Shown here one piece after another: positions 1 to 11,368 of a stretch of 64,000 bases of DNA; within the stretch, counting starts at the first letter, position 1; each line of letters opens with the position of its first letter. This DNA comes from Raillietiella orientalis (taxonomy: Eukaryota): positions 1,116,001 to 1,180,000 of the forward strand of contig JAYWIR010000014.1 in the NCBI GenBank assembly GCA_036172245.1, given 5' to 3'. The notes under the pieces are model-generated. The model ran no database searches, was not told where the DNA came from, and saw only the letters and a list, made by a program, of their open reading frames with translations. A program made the position numbers and the translations under genes.

Positions 1-2457
1 TTTCGACCTCAGAGTTTTTCAAATGCACGGCAGATGGCAGGAAAGAACCTGAAAAAAGAATTTTCCATGGGCTTTTGCAGAAGGGAGGCTGGCTACCTTT
101 GAGATAGTGATCCTAAGGAAGGGACCTTAGAGATGGCGATGGATGCTAGCTGCTACAGCGTGAAAAGAGCCTGTACTCATCAACACCTAGGTCATCATCA
201 ACACCATACTCAACATTGTTCCTTTCATCCCTTCTTCCGCGTCCTTTTTAGGGTGCCTGTCCGTCCTTCGCCCTTCAGAATGTTGAGGAGCATTCAGAAG
301 AGGTGGTGGGGAAGGAAATGGAGGAGGATCGTTTCGTGCCTACTGGAGCGCCATCATCCATCTTAAGCGAAAAGAAGACGAAAAGTTATTTTTCGGCTTT
401 CATTTCTCCTGGGGTCACACGCAAACATTGGAAAGCGTGAAGGGATGAGGGAGGTCAGCTCAGCAGAAATGTGGGTCTGCCTTTTTTCAAACCTTTTCTT
501 TGAGCACCCGGATTCCATGGGTCGCGGGAGCAGGCCATCTCATCTCTCGGAAAAGGGAACGCCACTGAAGACGGAGTCCTCGACGAAATGACAGATCACC
601 TTCTGCAGGAAGTCCTAAAGTGAGGTCGCGGTGGAGGCATGGCCTTTCTCCGACAGGCGTAGGGACCGCGGCCTTTTCTGATCAAGTCGGAAGCTGCAGA
701 AGAGCAAGCAAGGAAGGTCTTCTCTGGGAAAAGGGGATGGCGGCGAGGAAGTGGCACGCCGTCTGCCTATCCCGAGAGCTAGAAACTTAAAAAATTTAAT
801 TTTAAAAATATTTCGGCTGGAAACATCCGGAAGAGCGAAGAGATGGTTCGCAGCCTTCGTGCTCTGGAGCCGGAGAAATTCTCAGGAAAGGGAGAAGCTC
901 TGAACGAACGGAAGGTCGGGTGCAGCCTCGAAAGCGTTTCCGCTCTTGGGCTCTCAGCCAGGTTGGAGCTCTCGCGTGGTCGGCGAGCGCCCTTCCGGCT
1001 AGCTCGTGTGTTGCCCGTGGGAGTCCGTCTGCGCCCGACAGACTTGGGTGGAACGGACGCGCGCCGCCGCTGGAGGTCGGTCAGTCCTAAGGGAAATATT
1101 CCCTAGGGGATGACATGGAAAGCGAGCCGAGGAGGGACACGAATTCCTTCCTGTTCGTGGGCGGCCCTCCTCCCTCGGCGGCGCGCGGGAGCGACGGCCT
1201 CCTTGCCGCGCAGGAATGCCGGGCAGGACTGCCTCCAGGAAGAGGGTGCGGGGTCCTGCCCTAGCACTCCGTAACGGCGGAAGGGACTCCTCCGACGTCG
1301 AAAGCTTGCGTCAAGGGCGGGTAGGAAGCGGTGGATGCCACGGGATCCCAGCGCGCAGACTCGCCGTCTCAACCCTCCCCCACGCCGGGAAGAGGCAAGG
1401 ACGAGGGTCTCACCGCTAGCACAGCGCGCTCCGCGACACCACTATGGCAACAGAGGACTCTCCATCCGTGCTAACCCTTTTTGCCGCACCTTTCTTGCTG
1501 AGCTCAGCAAGAGAGGATGGGAACGCTGGAGAGACCCATGGAATGACCCGTGGCGTCTGCCCGCTTCCCTCGCTCGTCTTCCAGTATGCGGGGGCAGCCG
1601 CCTGGGGGAGCAGCTGCAGACCCCAATTCGGACGATTCCCCTCGTGCACTCCCTGCGTCTCCTCCTTGGAGGCGACGCACTCCCTGTGGGTCCTGGGCAC
1701 TGCCACATGGCTCCCTCCTTGCCTGCATCGCGACGGCTACTGGAGCGCTCCCAGATGGCGGGAGAGCGGGATCCACCTGCCGTCTTCCTGTGGAATCCGT
1801 TCCGGAGGACCAGGGCGCGTAGACCCGCCCTCTGGACACTGGGCGTTCGGAACGCCCGTTCAGGCCTTACGAAAGGTCCCCGAGGGCGCCTCCGCTCTCT
1901 GCTTCGGGAGAAGCAGCAAGGAAATTCGTTCCTTCCCGATAGGCGAAGGGGTCCACCTGTTCCCCTGAAACCCGTCCGCTTCGGGAGGATCCAGTGAATC
2001 ACCTCTTCTCCCTGCCTTCGCATGCTCACCCAGCCTTCTGGAAGCGGTTTCTCCTCGGGGATCGGGATCGCTCGCCTCCCAGACGCTTGACGCAGAGCGG
2101 GGGCCCTCGCTAGCGGGAGGGCAGTTCCCTTCTTCGACTACCACGGACCGCTCCTTCCGAGGAGGAGAGCCGGAACACTTCCTAACGCGTCCCGGGGATA
2201 GAAAACTCTTCCCTTCGGAGGTTCCCCTGTTAACAAGGCCAGTTTCCTTCTCTTCCTCCTCTTCCCTTTCTCAGATCCCGGGGGTCGGATGAGAGTGCAA
2301 GGCCCTCGTGGGAAAAACTTCCCTCTCCCCCGGACGTTCCTCCGGCGATAGAAGCGACGAGAGGGAGATATCCTTTTCTGGGATCCCTTGCGGTTCCTTC
2401 TGCCCTCTCCCCTCTCCCTTCTTCTCCCTTGCGGGCTCTAAGGGATGCCTGCCGTCC

Positions 2458-2485
2458 TGTGTGCGTGTGTGTGTATGTGTGTGTG
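2458..2485. repeat. Imperfect (TG)n microsatellite
   Basis: Sequence reads tgtgtgcgtgtgtgtgtatgtgtgtgtg. Confidence 0.85.
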
Positions 2486-4270
2486 GGAGGGTGGGGGGAA
2501 TCGAGAGCCAGAAACCCCAGGGCAAGTCTGAGGTGCCGCCCCAGAGAGTCGCTCGGCTCCCAGTTCCCGGAGAGGGGGAGCTCCGAGAGCTCCTGCCCGC
2601 CGCGAGGCCGCCGGCGCGCTCCACCGGCAGAGGGGGAGGCGGCGCTTCGCGACCGGCGCGCCGGGGTGAATTATTGTGGGCGACGGAGCGTGCCGGCCAC
2701 TCTTCCGAGCCAAGGGATGGGGTGGAGGACCAAGAGGGACGCGCTTGGGTGGACAGGGGGAGCTTGCCTTCGCCCGGCGGCCGGGACGCGCTCCCGAGAG
2801 CTGCCGTGGCAACGACGTTACCGGGCAGACCCCGAGATGCGGGCACCCCGGGGGTGTCTCCTGACCGGCGACTGCCTGTCCCTCCTGGCGGCGCCTTCCG
2901 CGCACTCGCCACTTGGCGACGCCTGAACAGAGGAGAGCCAAGCTGCAGGCGCGCTCTCGTGAAGGCTCCCTCCTTCAGGGTCTTTCAGTCGAAGAGAGGG
3001 AAGAGGAGGAGGCGCGAGCCACGGCGGATCGCGCGCGAGAAGGGTTGCGCGCATCGTGCGGGCCCGTAGCCCTGCGCAACCCTTCGACTAAGCGTCGCCT
3101 GTTCGCCCCGTTCGATGGGCGGTGGCGCCTCTGGGAGGAGCGGCCGGGAGAGCGGAAAGACAGGGAGACGAGACGTCCAGATGGTGCGCGCGCTGTCCCT
3201 CCTCTTCCCTCGAGGGAAAGGAACGGGACGCTGCGGGACCGGCGTCCCGGATGCCGTGGGAGGGAGAAGGAGGGTCGCAGCGGCCGATTCCAGGGCAGCG
3301 CGCGCTTCCTGGATACGCGAGGAACTGGCACTCCTAGGGGACAGCGGGGAGCCCGTTCCATCCCCCTCCTTCCTCCCTGCCGCCACCCTCGATTTCCCCA
3401 CTTAGGGAACGGGAGGCCCTCCAGCAGGAAGGAGCCCTTCCCTTGACGCCCCCCTGGGGTGGGGCAGAGGGGAAGAGAGAGAGGAAGAGGAGGGGAAACG
3501 AAGGGCAGTGGCGGTTGACCCCAGCGGGTTGGTTGAAGTCACGGGGTGCTGCACATGGGAGTCGACCGGTCGACCCCACTGAAGTCCAATACGTGTGGAC
3601 GGGTCCCCGGAGTCCCAGACTTCTGGTGTCATCCCCTCGAGGATGCAAAGCCATGCAGTCTAGGTGCTGCCCTTCCTCCGCCTCCGACTGACCTGCCTGC
3701 CCACTCATTTCTCCAGGGCCAGCCGAGGGCTCTTCCTCCTTCGCTTCCCTACCACTTCCGGGCCCGGCAGCCGCTTCCCTCTCATAGGATCCTCCCGGAA
3801 GACCGGTGCCTTCCCCTCCCGCATTCCTGGCATGAGCCCCGGGAGCAGACTCCTCGAAGGAATGGGAGAGAGGAGAAGCCTCCCGTTCCTTTCTAGGGAC
3901 CGCGCCCTCTGACTGGCGCGTCACTGCTTTCGTGGCGGAGGGCGCGCGAGGACTCCCGCGGGCGGATATCCTCAAGGCACGACCCTTCCTCCGACCACCA
4001 GTCGCAGAGACCAACCGCTTTCGACTGCAGAGCGCAGAGAGGGGCGGCCCGAGGGAGACACTCACGCCAGCCGAGGGCGCTCTAGTAGCGAGGACTTTGC
4101 AGAGAAAGGAGCTCCCCGAGCACGGAATGCGCACTCGACGGTGCACTTCATGGCAACTCCGAAGCGCCTACCCGGCGACGCTGCTTGGATACCGGTGCGT
4201 GAGGAGGTCCGTCTTCCCAGGTCCAGGCAGGGAGCGCCTGTCGGGCGCCGTAGCTGACGCGGGCGGGAAG

Positions 4271-5158
4271 GCACATGTGCGCTGCACGCGCGCGCGTCCG
4301 GATGCTCTCACGTGAGTGCGCAAGCTGGACTTCCCGTGCCACACGCGCTTCCCACTTGCGCTCCCTGGAGATCGCCCCGCGCGAACCTGAGTCCTGAAGC
4401 GTACGACGTGTGCACGCGCTGACGCACGCACCTGTGTGCACACGCGTGCGAGCACGCGCAGACATGCACGTACGCGTACACAGCTCAAAGCGCAGGCGCA
4501 AGCACACACGGCGGGGACGAACACACTCGACTATACAACCACAAGCCAGTGCACGTATGCGCGACGGCACACTTGAACCCACGCGCGCGCGAGTACAGTG
4601 CGTCCGTGAGCGGCGTGTTTGGATACACTCGTGTGTGCGGGAGCACGTGCCTGCACTCATGCATACGCATCCACATGTACATGCCACAGGTACATGCCAC
4701 ATACCTGTGTATCGCAACACGCGTCGTACATAAACGCTCTGTAAGGGCGTGCGCGTGAGATCATGCGCGGTGTATGCTTTGAAACATTCGTGTGCACGCG
4801 TGCACAGTGTGTGGGCATGCATGGGTTCTCATGCACGTGCACACGTACATTGGATAGTATGTGTTCATGGATGTATTTCCACCTGCACGTGGTAGGCACA
4901 CATGTACGCACACGTGTACAAACGAAGGTGTGTGCACACGGATGCATTTTCCGCGTGCACGTGATGGACACTCGTGCGTGCATACATTGTGCACGTGTGC
5001 ACAAGAGTGCGTGAAAACACGTCGTGCATGGACGCACTGTACTCGCGCGCGCTCGTATTCATGAGCGGCCTATGCTTCGATACCTTCGTGTGCGCGAGTG
5101 TGCACATTGCCTACACGCATGGGCGGGTACACACGACGGATGCTTGCGCGCGCGCATA
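4271..5158. repeat. Alternating purine-pyrimidine low-complexity tract (CA/TG/CG-rich) with internal diverged direct and inverted copies
   Basis: Dense gtgcac, cacacg, gcgcgc and tgcatg words. Inverted pair 4583-4608 / 5027-5052 matches 25/26. Diverged direct pair at ~4762-4806 / ~5060-5106. Boundaries approximate. Confidence 0.85.
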
Positions 5159-5664
5159 AGAACTCATGAGCACACCCGCGGGCCAATCGCTAGGCTTTTC
5201 TCCACGCGTCCAGGCGCGCACTTGGCGCACGCGTCTCCGTGGGGACATGGAAATGTGCCCAGGGAGTGTGGTTTCGTTGCCATAGCGGGAAAGGAGCGCA
5301 GACATCCCTGACGCGTCCTTCAGGGAGCGCTGAAGGCTTTCCAGGGGAGTTCCTGAGGGCACGGCACGCTCTGGTGCCCCAGGCTGCTGCTGCCCCCCTC
5401 CTGGATGGAGCGGTTCGGGTGCAGTTGGAGTGCGCAGTGCGAGGGCTGTGGCTGGGCTCTCCGCAGGCGGAAGGGGAGGGGGAGAAGGGGGGGACCAAGC
5501 GTAGCGACGCGCGCAAGCGCTCTCCGCATCGTCTTCAGCACCGTGAGTGGCCCGCGCGCACGCGCAGGGGCCGCCGCCTTCGGATTGGCCGCCGCGCGCT
5601 CCAGAGAGACACCTTCGAGGAACGGAAGGTCTCCCAGCGCGCGTGCGCTCAGTCGGACGAGTCC

Positions 5665-5692
5665 CCCACGTGTCTGACACGTGGGTCACGTG
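5665..5692. promoter_or_regulatory. Palindromic cluster of three CACGTG (G-box/E-box) motifs
   Basis: cccacgtgtc-t-gacacgtggg (10-bp arms, 5665-5685) followed by cacgtg at 5687-5692. CCAAT-type words occur at ~5183 and ~5584. The motifs are seen directly; a regulatory role is inference only and no downstream gene was identified. Confidence 0.2.
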
Positions 5693-8600
5693 TGTGAGCT
5701 TCGCGGGAAAGCGTCCGCGGTTCTGCGGCAGATGGCGGATCTGTGACTATGGGGACGTCGTGTCGGATTGAAGGAGGCCTCCCTCGGAAAGCTCCAAAGT
5801 CCCCTGGGAGATTTGCTCCTGCCAGGCAACGGCGGCGAAGGGAGAGACGTTTCTCTCTTCACCGCCGTTGCCTGCTGGCGAAAGATGAAGGCAGGGAGCG
5901 TCCTCCGTGATAGAGGGAGGAGGGGGGGGGGGGGAAAGGGAGCGAGGAAATGCGGGAAGCTTTCGACGAGGAAGCAGGAGTGGAGGGTCCCCAAAGACGG
6001 GCGGAGCCAGTGCGCGAGAAGGCGGCTCGGACCTCTTGCCTCTTACCGGGTGAACCCGGGTGTCGCTCCCAGGGTCCTCCCGTTGCCGAGATGCTGCTCC
6101 GAGGGCGTTCAACCAGAAGACTTCCCTTGCTCCTGGCTGAGCAGGATCTCGGCGGGAGGCTGGGGGGTTCTGCAACCATTCCTATGCTGGAGTCATCGGG
6201 GTGGCTGAGTGGGACGATCGGTTGCTCCTCAGTGGACAAAGCCAAGAGGGAGTGAGGGTAAGGCGGAGCAGTCCGGGAAAGGCTAAGTCCTGCTGTCTCT
6301 TCCCTTTCCCCCACGATAGCTCCGAAGACCCGAGGTCCTCTCAGGATCCCTACATTGCGGAGTCCAAGAGAACGCAAGAGGAGGGAAATCTGTGCATCGG
6401 ATAAGAGTCTCGGAGGCACTTCGGAGCGGAGAAATGGAGGGCCTGGGATAGCGGAAGCAACTCCAGGGAGCGGGAGAGAAGGGTGCTTCGCGCAAGGGAG
6501 GGTAAAAAAGGCCATCGTGACTGCGGGGTGGAGAAGAAGGAAGGCAGGAGGAGAAGAAGACCGCAGAGAGGACGAAGAGGAAGAGAAGGACGTTGAAAGA
6601 CGTGCTGCTGCTCACGATGATGACGATGACAGTGATCAGTCGCATCAGCAGTTGTAGCAGCGGCCAGCTAACTCGAAGCCGAAAGGGTTCTCTGCAGTAG
6701 CACTTAGTTGATGCCCGACTGGGCTCCGGCTGACGTGCGCTTCTCAGGGAAGCGAGGCAAAAGGTGGTGCTGGAGGAGGAAAAGTTCGCTTCCCGCCCCG
6801 GGACGCGGGAAGTCATTTTCGCCTCCCCTCCGAGAACTGGCGATTCCCCATTCCGTCCACCCGCACCCCATTTGCTGCACCCTCGCGCAACAGACGCGCT
6901 GTCGCGCGACCTCCTCTCCTCCGGATAGCCCCCGTGGGGCGCGATCGGTTCTCCGGACGAGTGGGTCGCCTCCTCCGTGGAGACTTGCAGCTGCGCAGCG
7001 TTTGTTTACGGGAAAGCGAAATCGCGAGGAGGGAGGAGGAGGGGATGCAATGAAGGGAAACCGCGACAAAACAGCCCGCCGCCTAACCGGCGGTTGCCTC
7101 GATACGGCTAGCGTAACGAGAGGATCCGCAAATAAAGGATCGATCGAGCACCCGTTTTTGAACGCGCCGCCCGATGTCCCCATCCGTGCGATGCCGGAAA
7201 GGGGGACGCGTCACCGATGCAGAAAGGGAAAAAAAGGAGAGGAGGAAAAACCAACAAAAAAAAAAAAAGAGAGGCGCCTTCCGGACCTACCCGTGAGATC
7301 TAAGGGGTGAAGAGCACCAGCGGGAACACGAAGCCATCATCTCCGAGGTGAACGCTGCCGACACGCATGCTCGACGCGGGAAAGAGCTCATTCTTCCACG
7401 CGCGGCAAAGAGCTGCCATGCTGACGAGGGGAGGTCTGCCCCAGGCAAGCCAATTTTCCGAGAAGCATCCTTTCGAGGACGCGAGGACGGAGTTCCTGAC
7501 TCTTGACCGCGACGGGTTCTGGATTTCTGCCAGACGAAAATGAGCACTACCCTGGATCCAGGTCCGAAACATACGAGCATCAGAGCCGGATCCAGTAGAT
7601 CCCGGGAGCCAAATCCCTGGAAAGATGCCGCGCACGGGGAGCAGGGAAGGCCCGCCGCACTAAGGGGTCGGCTGCCTCTGCTATCACCGGCCAAGGCAGC
7701 GTCTTCCGAATATTCGGGAACGGACGCAACCAAGGCGCAGCCCCTCTGACGTCCTCCAGCAGCGCTCCTGGAGGGATCCTTTCCGACGGTATTCTCGAAC
7801 CATTGAGCTCCAAGGGAAGACGCGCCAGGAGCTGTGGAGGAAGACTGCTCGAAAGAAGCGCCGCTCCGTTCCGGACGTGATGTCGCCGGAGACGTCAGCA
7901 GTGGGAGCTGCCCTTTTCCTTCGGCCTGGAGGCCGAGGTCGCCGTCCTGCCACGCTCTTCGGGAGAAGGTCGCGATCCCTCAGACTGGGTGGCCTCGTTC
8001 CGGTCTGTCTCTGTCATCCCTGGCCTGACGCAAGAGGTCGCACCCCTCGCCCTGATCGCATCGCTCCCAAAGAACCGTTTCCAAGGAGTTTGTCTCCAGG
8101 GAGGTGCCGCTGAGAGCATGGTGGGTGTCAGTTGGGCTCTTCTATAGTGAGTTGAGATGAGGGTGAAGGGAGACTGTGGTTTTTTAGTTACTGTCCTCCA
8201 TCCTCACAAGGGGTTGCCTTTTTGCTTCGATGAAGCCTCCACGTATGCATTTGGATCTCCAGGGTGACAGTCAACTCAAGCGCCGAAAGTTCACATCGTT
8301 CCGTTAAGGAAAATCCCATCTACAGTGATTACGCTCCGAAGATCTCTGCTTGCATGCAAATGTCTCCTTGAGGTTAATTCGCGCCATTGGAAATCACAAA
8401 CCTCCAGGACGAAATTCTTGCATGGTTGAGCCAGGCACGACGTTCTTTGAACCAGAAGCCAATGAGAGAGGAATCTTGAAGTCGTGCCTTGGCGCTCGCT
8501 ATCCGGAGCGCCGCCGAAGTGCATCCCATTCTCGAGATGGCCAGCTCCATGAACTGTTGCTTAGGCATCTGCATCCCCCGCCGGAAAGAGAGTGGTCCAG

Positions 8601-9427
8601 ACTCACCAATCAACAGAAAGCACTCTGCTTCGTCACTGTTGTATCGGTTGCCATCTTCAAGAAAGGTGGCCGTTGCGAAGAGACCCGCTAAACATCATCG
8701 CACAAGGTGAGTCGCATGGCTTACCACTTTACAACACGGTGCAGTGAAGCATTCGGTGAGAAGTGGAGTCGCACGCTCTTTGTGCCAAAGCGTCATTCAC
8801 AGCTTCCCTCGGTCCATCATCCGTGTTGACAACGAAATCTCTGTTGGACCAAGTCTGCTTCCTTCCTTTTCGATGTGGCACAGACTTACAAGTTGGCATT
8901 CTTCCGGAGACTACATGAGTCTGCGTTCGGTCATTTGAAGAGCTCCCTGGCCAGACGGCAAGCTGGACATACTCAGATTTCTTACATGAAACCATGTTAA
9001 AAATAGGAAGTATAGAAACGAAGTAGGAGGGCATATGTCTCTACACCACCTCCTCTAATTATCTTCCATCACAACTCCAGCCCATTTTCAGGGATTCTTG
9101 CATACAGCTGGTTGAGTGACGGGTGCTATCGGTAGGGGACAACATTGTCATGCTACTGCTCTGTCTCCTGTAGCATCTGCTGCACCAGTTCGTGCACGAC
9201 ATCGTCGCTCTCGGGACCTCAGGGACCCCAACGAACTGACGATGATCGCGTGGACGAACGTTTGGGTTCCCCACAGCGGGAGGGAGAGCTTGTTTTGACA
9301 ATGGCATCCTTCTGCCGCGGCAGAAGCATCTTGAGCACGCCTCTACATGATAATGCAATGCTCTCTTTGCAGGAAGAGGTTAGGTCGCAGAGAGTGCTTC
9401 ATGCTGAGCCTTTTGTCGCTGTTCAGG

Positions 9428-10660
9428 ATCTCCCATCGTTTCCGTGAGCCGTACCTCATGGGTGGGAGGCTGGAAGTTTCGCCAAAGGGGGTTGAGAATT
9501 TGTGGCAGCACTCTATACCACTTTAGGCGAAGCAGGCAGGATTCATCTCCTACCTGCTTCCTAGCTGGTACACGGATGAAGAGGAGACCTTCATGTGCGA
9601 CGTGGACGAACTTGTTCCAATCTGCAAAATGCAGTCGTTGCGGAAATTCCAGGAAACCCGGCGGTACTCGAGGTCAGGAAGAAGGATTGACGGCCAACGA
9701 AAGACACCACGGGACATTCTCCTGGCGCTGCGCATTACGTCTGCTCCAAGCGGGAGACATGTCTTCGTAGGTGGTCCCGTCGAGTAGCACCCTGCCGTTG
9801 CAAACCGGACAAAACCGTGAGTTTTCTTCTTCCTTGAGCTCAACGACACCTTTCCTACAAACGGTGCACTCTGTGGTGGAAAAGAAATTACAAACTCCTC
9901 CCACAGAACTCGGAAAGACCCGTGTCTGGATACAGACGGACGACGAGGAAAAGCGGCAGCATACATGCCGAAGGCGTTCCGACGGTGGGAAAACGAGTCT
10001 CCGGAAGATCCAGGGTCAAGCGGATCCGTGGAAACGAAGCATCCCAAGCATCGAATGGTCTCAAGCCCACTCGCCATCCCACGCCAGGCATCGTCGACGT
10101 CCTTTACTGAGCAACAACACCAGCGGTACACCAAGTCCGGCGTTGGGCACGAGTCCCTCAACAAACAACACCTTCGATTTGCGGATTGTCGATTTATTCG
10201 TGCGGCGTCAGACACCCTTCTGCGTGTGCGGCGGGCTTCGCCCACCAGGAACGGTGTCGATCGTTCCGGCAGGAGACGCGGAAGATGGGAGGAAACGTTA
10301 GGCCTCATCCACGACTCGTGCGCACATCAGCAGCCAGAGTTGGCGACCCGGATCAGGAGGAATATCCTGCAACAGTGGGATCTGGAAGGCTACAGCCGCC
10401 ACGTTCCGGGAACAGGTCCGGAGACAAAGTCAGGAGCGATGCTGCCGGACAGAGGGAAGGCATGGCAGTCGTGCCGAAGGTCGCCTGTCCCTACGAGTAT
10501 CGCGGGTCGCGACGCTGGAAGATGCAGGTCGATGGTAGGAGAGCATGGGCTCTTCGCGGCGCCGCAAGAGGAGTGCCGGTTACCATAAAAGCGGTCATAG
10601 TACGGATGATAGCGGTCATGTCATCTTCGGTAGTGGCGAAGGGATGAGGGTATTGAAACT
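9428..10660 (+). repeat. Repeat A, copy 1 (1,233 bp), left arm of long inverted repeat
   Basis: Reverse complement of 20503-21735. The ORF translations are identical in both copies and their coordinates sum to a constant 31163 (e.g. 9444+21719, 10588+20575), so there are no indels. Both ends were checked by eye. Confidence 0.97.
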
Positions 10661-10887
10661 ATGCTCATTGGCGGCTGCGTCTCTGAGGTTCTCCGAGCAG
10701 GATACTAGTCGTTGCAGGTTCAAATACCTGTAAGCGATCGACGTCAAGAAATGGGTGCCTCGTGGGTTTCAGTTTCCTCCGCAGGATGACGCTGGTTGTC
10801 CTCGGTTGGCTTCGGGTGCGGAACTGGAAGAAACCGAATATCCCTGTTGAGTGGCCCGGATCGGAAGTTGACCCTTCGGAGTCTTTG

Positions 10888-10933
10888 CAGGAATCAAGGA
10901 GCCGGTTCTCTTCGGAGTTTCCCTCCGGTTGTG
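10888..10933 (+). repeat. Repeat D, copy 1 (46 bp direct repeat)
   Basis: 41/46 identical to 59839-59884, beginning with the exact 21-mer caggaatcaaggagccggttc. Confidence 0.85.
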
Positions 10934-11229
10934 AAAGTGGAGTCGTCCCTCCCTCCTCGGAGGCGACCCTCCATCGCGTACCATGGAGCTGGTTGATACT
11001 TCCCTTAGGGCTTGCCTTTCCAGAGTGTAAAAAGAGCGCTGCTACCTTAGGGGAGTGTTCTTCAGAGAAATTTGAAATCATTCTTTCTGGGTTTCTTCAG
11101 AGGAGGAAACAACGAGCGGCTCTTTTCCGGGATTCCTCGGAAAAGATCGCGATCTCGGATCTTTTTCCTTCGGAAAAGAAATGAGGGATCCACTCATTTC
11201 TTCACCGAAGGGAACCCAGAAAAGGCAGG

Positions 11230-11368
11230 ACGCGTGCTCGAATGGATAATGTGATTTCAGCGATACACATTGGAAGCACGTGGTGGGTCACTTCCCATGA
11301 TGCAAGAACCTGCAAGTGTTTCTGGGTGTGATGGAAAGAAGAGGCAGGAGAAGAAGATGATGCAAACC
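11230..11368 (+). repeat. Repeat C, copy 1 (diverged inverted repeat internal to the repeat A arms)
   Basis: Similar to the reverse complement of 20331-20470. Core 11252-11316 vs 20383-20447 matches 58/65; the flanks are weaker. Confidence 0.85.

Noticed and set aside
3561..3574. 14-bp palindrome gtcgaccggtcgac
   Set aside because: Expected by chance at this window size.
1000..8100. Many 150-270 aa ORFs in the GC-rich islands (also 22.4-27.4, 37.9-39.6 and 47.8-53.8 kb)
   Set aside because: Stop-codon scarcity in GC-rich sequence explains them. The translations are low-complexity and mutually overlapping.
8291..8700. Possible degenerate PPR-like coding relic on the minus strand
   Set aside because: Only a vague resemblance, with no 35-aa periodicity or clear motif.
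9444..10647. ORFs repeated identically in the copies of repeat A (207, 252, 176 and 153 aa)
   Set aside because: Their identity only reflects DNA duplication. The ORFs overlap on both strands and none resembles a known protein.
10661..10735. tRNA or tRNA-derived SINE (gctcattgg ... gcaggttcaaatacctgt)
   Set aside because: The T-arm-like hairpin has an extra base, and no acceptor or anticodon stem could be built.
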